Shown: positions 61,899 to 64,000 of the stretch, in pieces
How positions within the stretch are numbered: position 1 is the first letter of the stretch
Layout of the letters: each line of letters opens with the position of its first letter
Assembly (NCBI GenBank): GCA_038087875.1
Contig: CM075990.1
Coordinates: 4,280,001-4,344,000, forward strand
DNA length: 64,000 bases
Source: Malacoraja senta
Lineage: Eukaryota
Direction: 5' to 3'
Made by a program: the position numbers and the translations under genes
Notes under the pieces: generated by a model
Database searches by the model: none
Told to the model about the DNA's origin: nothing
What the model saw: only the letters and a program-made list of their open reading frames with translations

Positions 61899-62898
61899 GT
61901 CTATATCTCTCCTTTCCCTTACCCCTAACCAGTCTGAAGAAGGGTCTTGACCCGAAACATCACCCATTCTCTCCATCGATGCTGCCTGTCTTGCAGAGTT
62001 ACACCAGAACCTATTAAACTGGTCGATATCCCATCTCTTGCAGGGCCCCAACCCGAAACGTCACCTATCTATGTTCTCCAGAGATGCTGTCTGACCCACC
62101 ACAGCTTTTTGCGTGTATCTTCGTGATGAGAGATTGGATAGATTGCCTTTATTCTCACCGGCTCACAGGAGACTGGAGGGTGATCTTTACCGAGGTCTAT
62201 TGAATTATGACGGACATAGGATAAAGCAGCAGAATCTTTATCCCATGGTAGTGGAGTCTAGAACCACCAGCCACTGTGGAAAATGTAGCCGCTCAGATTT
62301 CTATTTTGACCGGCACGGTGGCGCAGCGGTAGCGTTGCTGCCTTACAGCGCCAGACACCTGGGTTCAATCCTGACTACGAGTGCTGTTTGAATGGAGTTT
62401 GTACATTTTCTCTGTGACCACGTGGGGTTTCTCCAGGTGCTCCAGTTTCCTCCCACACTCCAAAGACGTATAGGTTTGTATGTTAATTGGCTTCGGTAAA
62501 ATTGGAAACTGTCCCAAGTGTGTAGGATAATGCTAGTGTACGGGGATCGCTGGTTGGCGCGGACCCGAAGGGCCTGTTTGCGTGCTGTATCTCTAAACGT
62601 TAGTTTAGTTTAGTTTGGTTTAGAGATACAGAGTGGAAACAGGCCCTTTGGCACACGGAGTCCACACCGACCAGCGATCCCCGCACATTAACACTACCCT
62701 ACACACACACAGGACAATTTACATTTATCCCAAGCCAATTAACCTGCAAACCTGTACGTCTTTGGAGTGTTGGAGGAAACCGACTGAAACCGAAGATCTT
62801 GGAGAAAACCCACGCTGTCATGGGGAGTACAAACTCCATACAGACAGCACCCGTAGTCGGGATCGAACCCGCATCTCTGGTGCTGAAAGCGCTGTGTA

Positions 62899-63289
62899 AG
62901 CCCCTGTCCCACTTAGGAGACCTAAACAGCAACCTCTGGTGACCTTGCCCGCCACCCAAGGTTTCCATGAGGTCACCAGAGGTTTTGGTCACTCTCCCTA
63001 ATGGTCGAAAGTGGTTTCCGCGTGGTCGAGGCTTCATCTAGGTTGCTGCTATTTTTTCATCATGATTAAAACCGGCCTCGACTAAAAATAGTGTTGCCGT
63101 TTTAAAAATCGATAATTTTTTAGTCGCAGGTCTAGTCGAAGCCGGTTTTCTTCATAGTCGAGGAAGGTTTTCAACATATGCGTGGGAGGCGGTAGGAGGT
63201 TGCAGGTCACCTCGACCTTGATTTTTTTTTGGGTGGCGGGCAAGGGCACCAGAGGTTGCTGTTTAGGTCTCCTAAGTGGGACAGGGGCT
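62899..63289. mobile_element. Harbinger-like MITE with ~60-bp TIRs, inserted in a SINE
   Basis: AGCCCCTGTCCCACTTAGGAGACCTAAACAGCAACCTCTGGT and its reverse complement at the other end; interrupts the SINE at gctg-taaggcagc. Confidence 0.75.
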
Positions 63290-64000
63290 TAAGGCAGCAA
63301 CTCTACTGCTGCGCCACCGTGCCGCCCACTGACCTAAACTCCCAAATCTAACCCCTCTCACCTTCCACCTATGTCTCTGGTTCTTGATTCCCCTACTCTG
63401 GGTAAAAGACTATGCATCTTCCCTATCTATTCCCTTTATGACCTTATACACAACAAGATCACCCCTTATCCCCCTGCGATCCGAGGAATAAAATCCTAGG
63501 AAAATTCATTTTCATTTTGCCCTTTTACACATTTCCTAACAATTTGATCTACTATTCATATAATAATTTACTGAAACTTAACTTTCATTGCAAGTGTGAA
63601 TTAATACATAATCCCAGCTGTTCATCACTGGGTCACTAAGTACCAAGTCCATTCAAGCCTCTTCGCTGGTCTCCTGCTCTTCTTTCTCTTGGCTCTGGTG
63701 GCACGAGTCCCTTCTGCCCATTGGCACAAGTCTCCAATCTGAAGAAAGGCTGTCTGTTGGGTCCCTCTGCAGATGCTGCCTGACCCGTTGAGTTCTCCCA
63801 AGCTGCTTGTATTTTGTGCAAGATTCCAGCATCAGTAGTTCCTTGCATCTCTAGCCCAAGAGTCATCTGCTTCCCTTCACTTGGACAGTCCTTCAGATAG
63901 AGTACTCAATGGCCCATAGTGAAGTTACTTATTCAGACACGACACCAGCTAACATCGGCCAATGTCTGAAGAAGGGTCCTGACCCGAAACGTCTCTCATC

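Overview
Vertebrate genomic DNA, most likely a cartilaginous fish of the skate/ray type (inferred from the repeat content). The window covers the middle and 3' part of LDB3 (ZASP/Cypher, a PDZ-LIM Z-disc protein) on the + strand. Recognisable exons are the ZM-motif exon (1285-1488), the 'SPIEH' exon (27781-27945), the 'STASIRP' exon (41199-41323), the long exon entering LIM1 (41837-42203), the LIM1 exon (44653-44833) and the LIM2 exon (59839-59959). Several frame-preserving candidate microexons or extra exons are also present. A ~12.7-kb block (32480-45157) is repeated almost identically after a 200-N gap (45358-58010), probably a false assembly duplication. Three expected LDB3 exons could not be found and may lie in the other gap (11485-11684). 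Introns are filled with CR1 LINE 3' ends, V-SINE/HE1-type tRNA SINEs, Rex/Babar and Penelope fragments, hAT and Harbinger MITEs, and micro/minisatellites. The best hunt result is a ~140-bp non-autonomous retroelement that begins exactly with a minimal HDV/CPEB3-like ribozyme fold and ends in a (GAA)n tail, present as two independent insertions. Also notable are many Penelope-type minimal hammerhead motifs and a 22-bp collapsed palindromic hAT MITE with an intact 8-bp TSD. All calls were made by eye without database searches; repeat boundaries are approximate.
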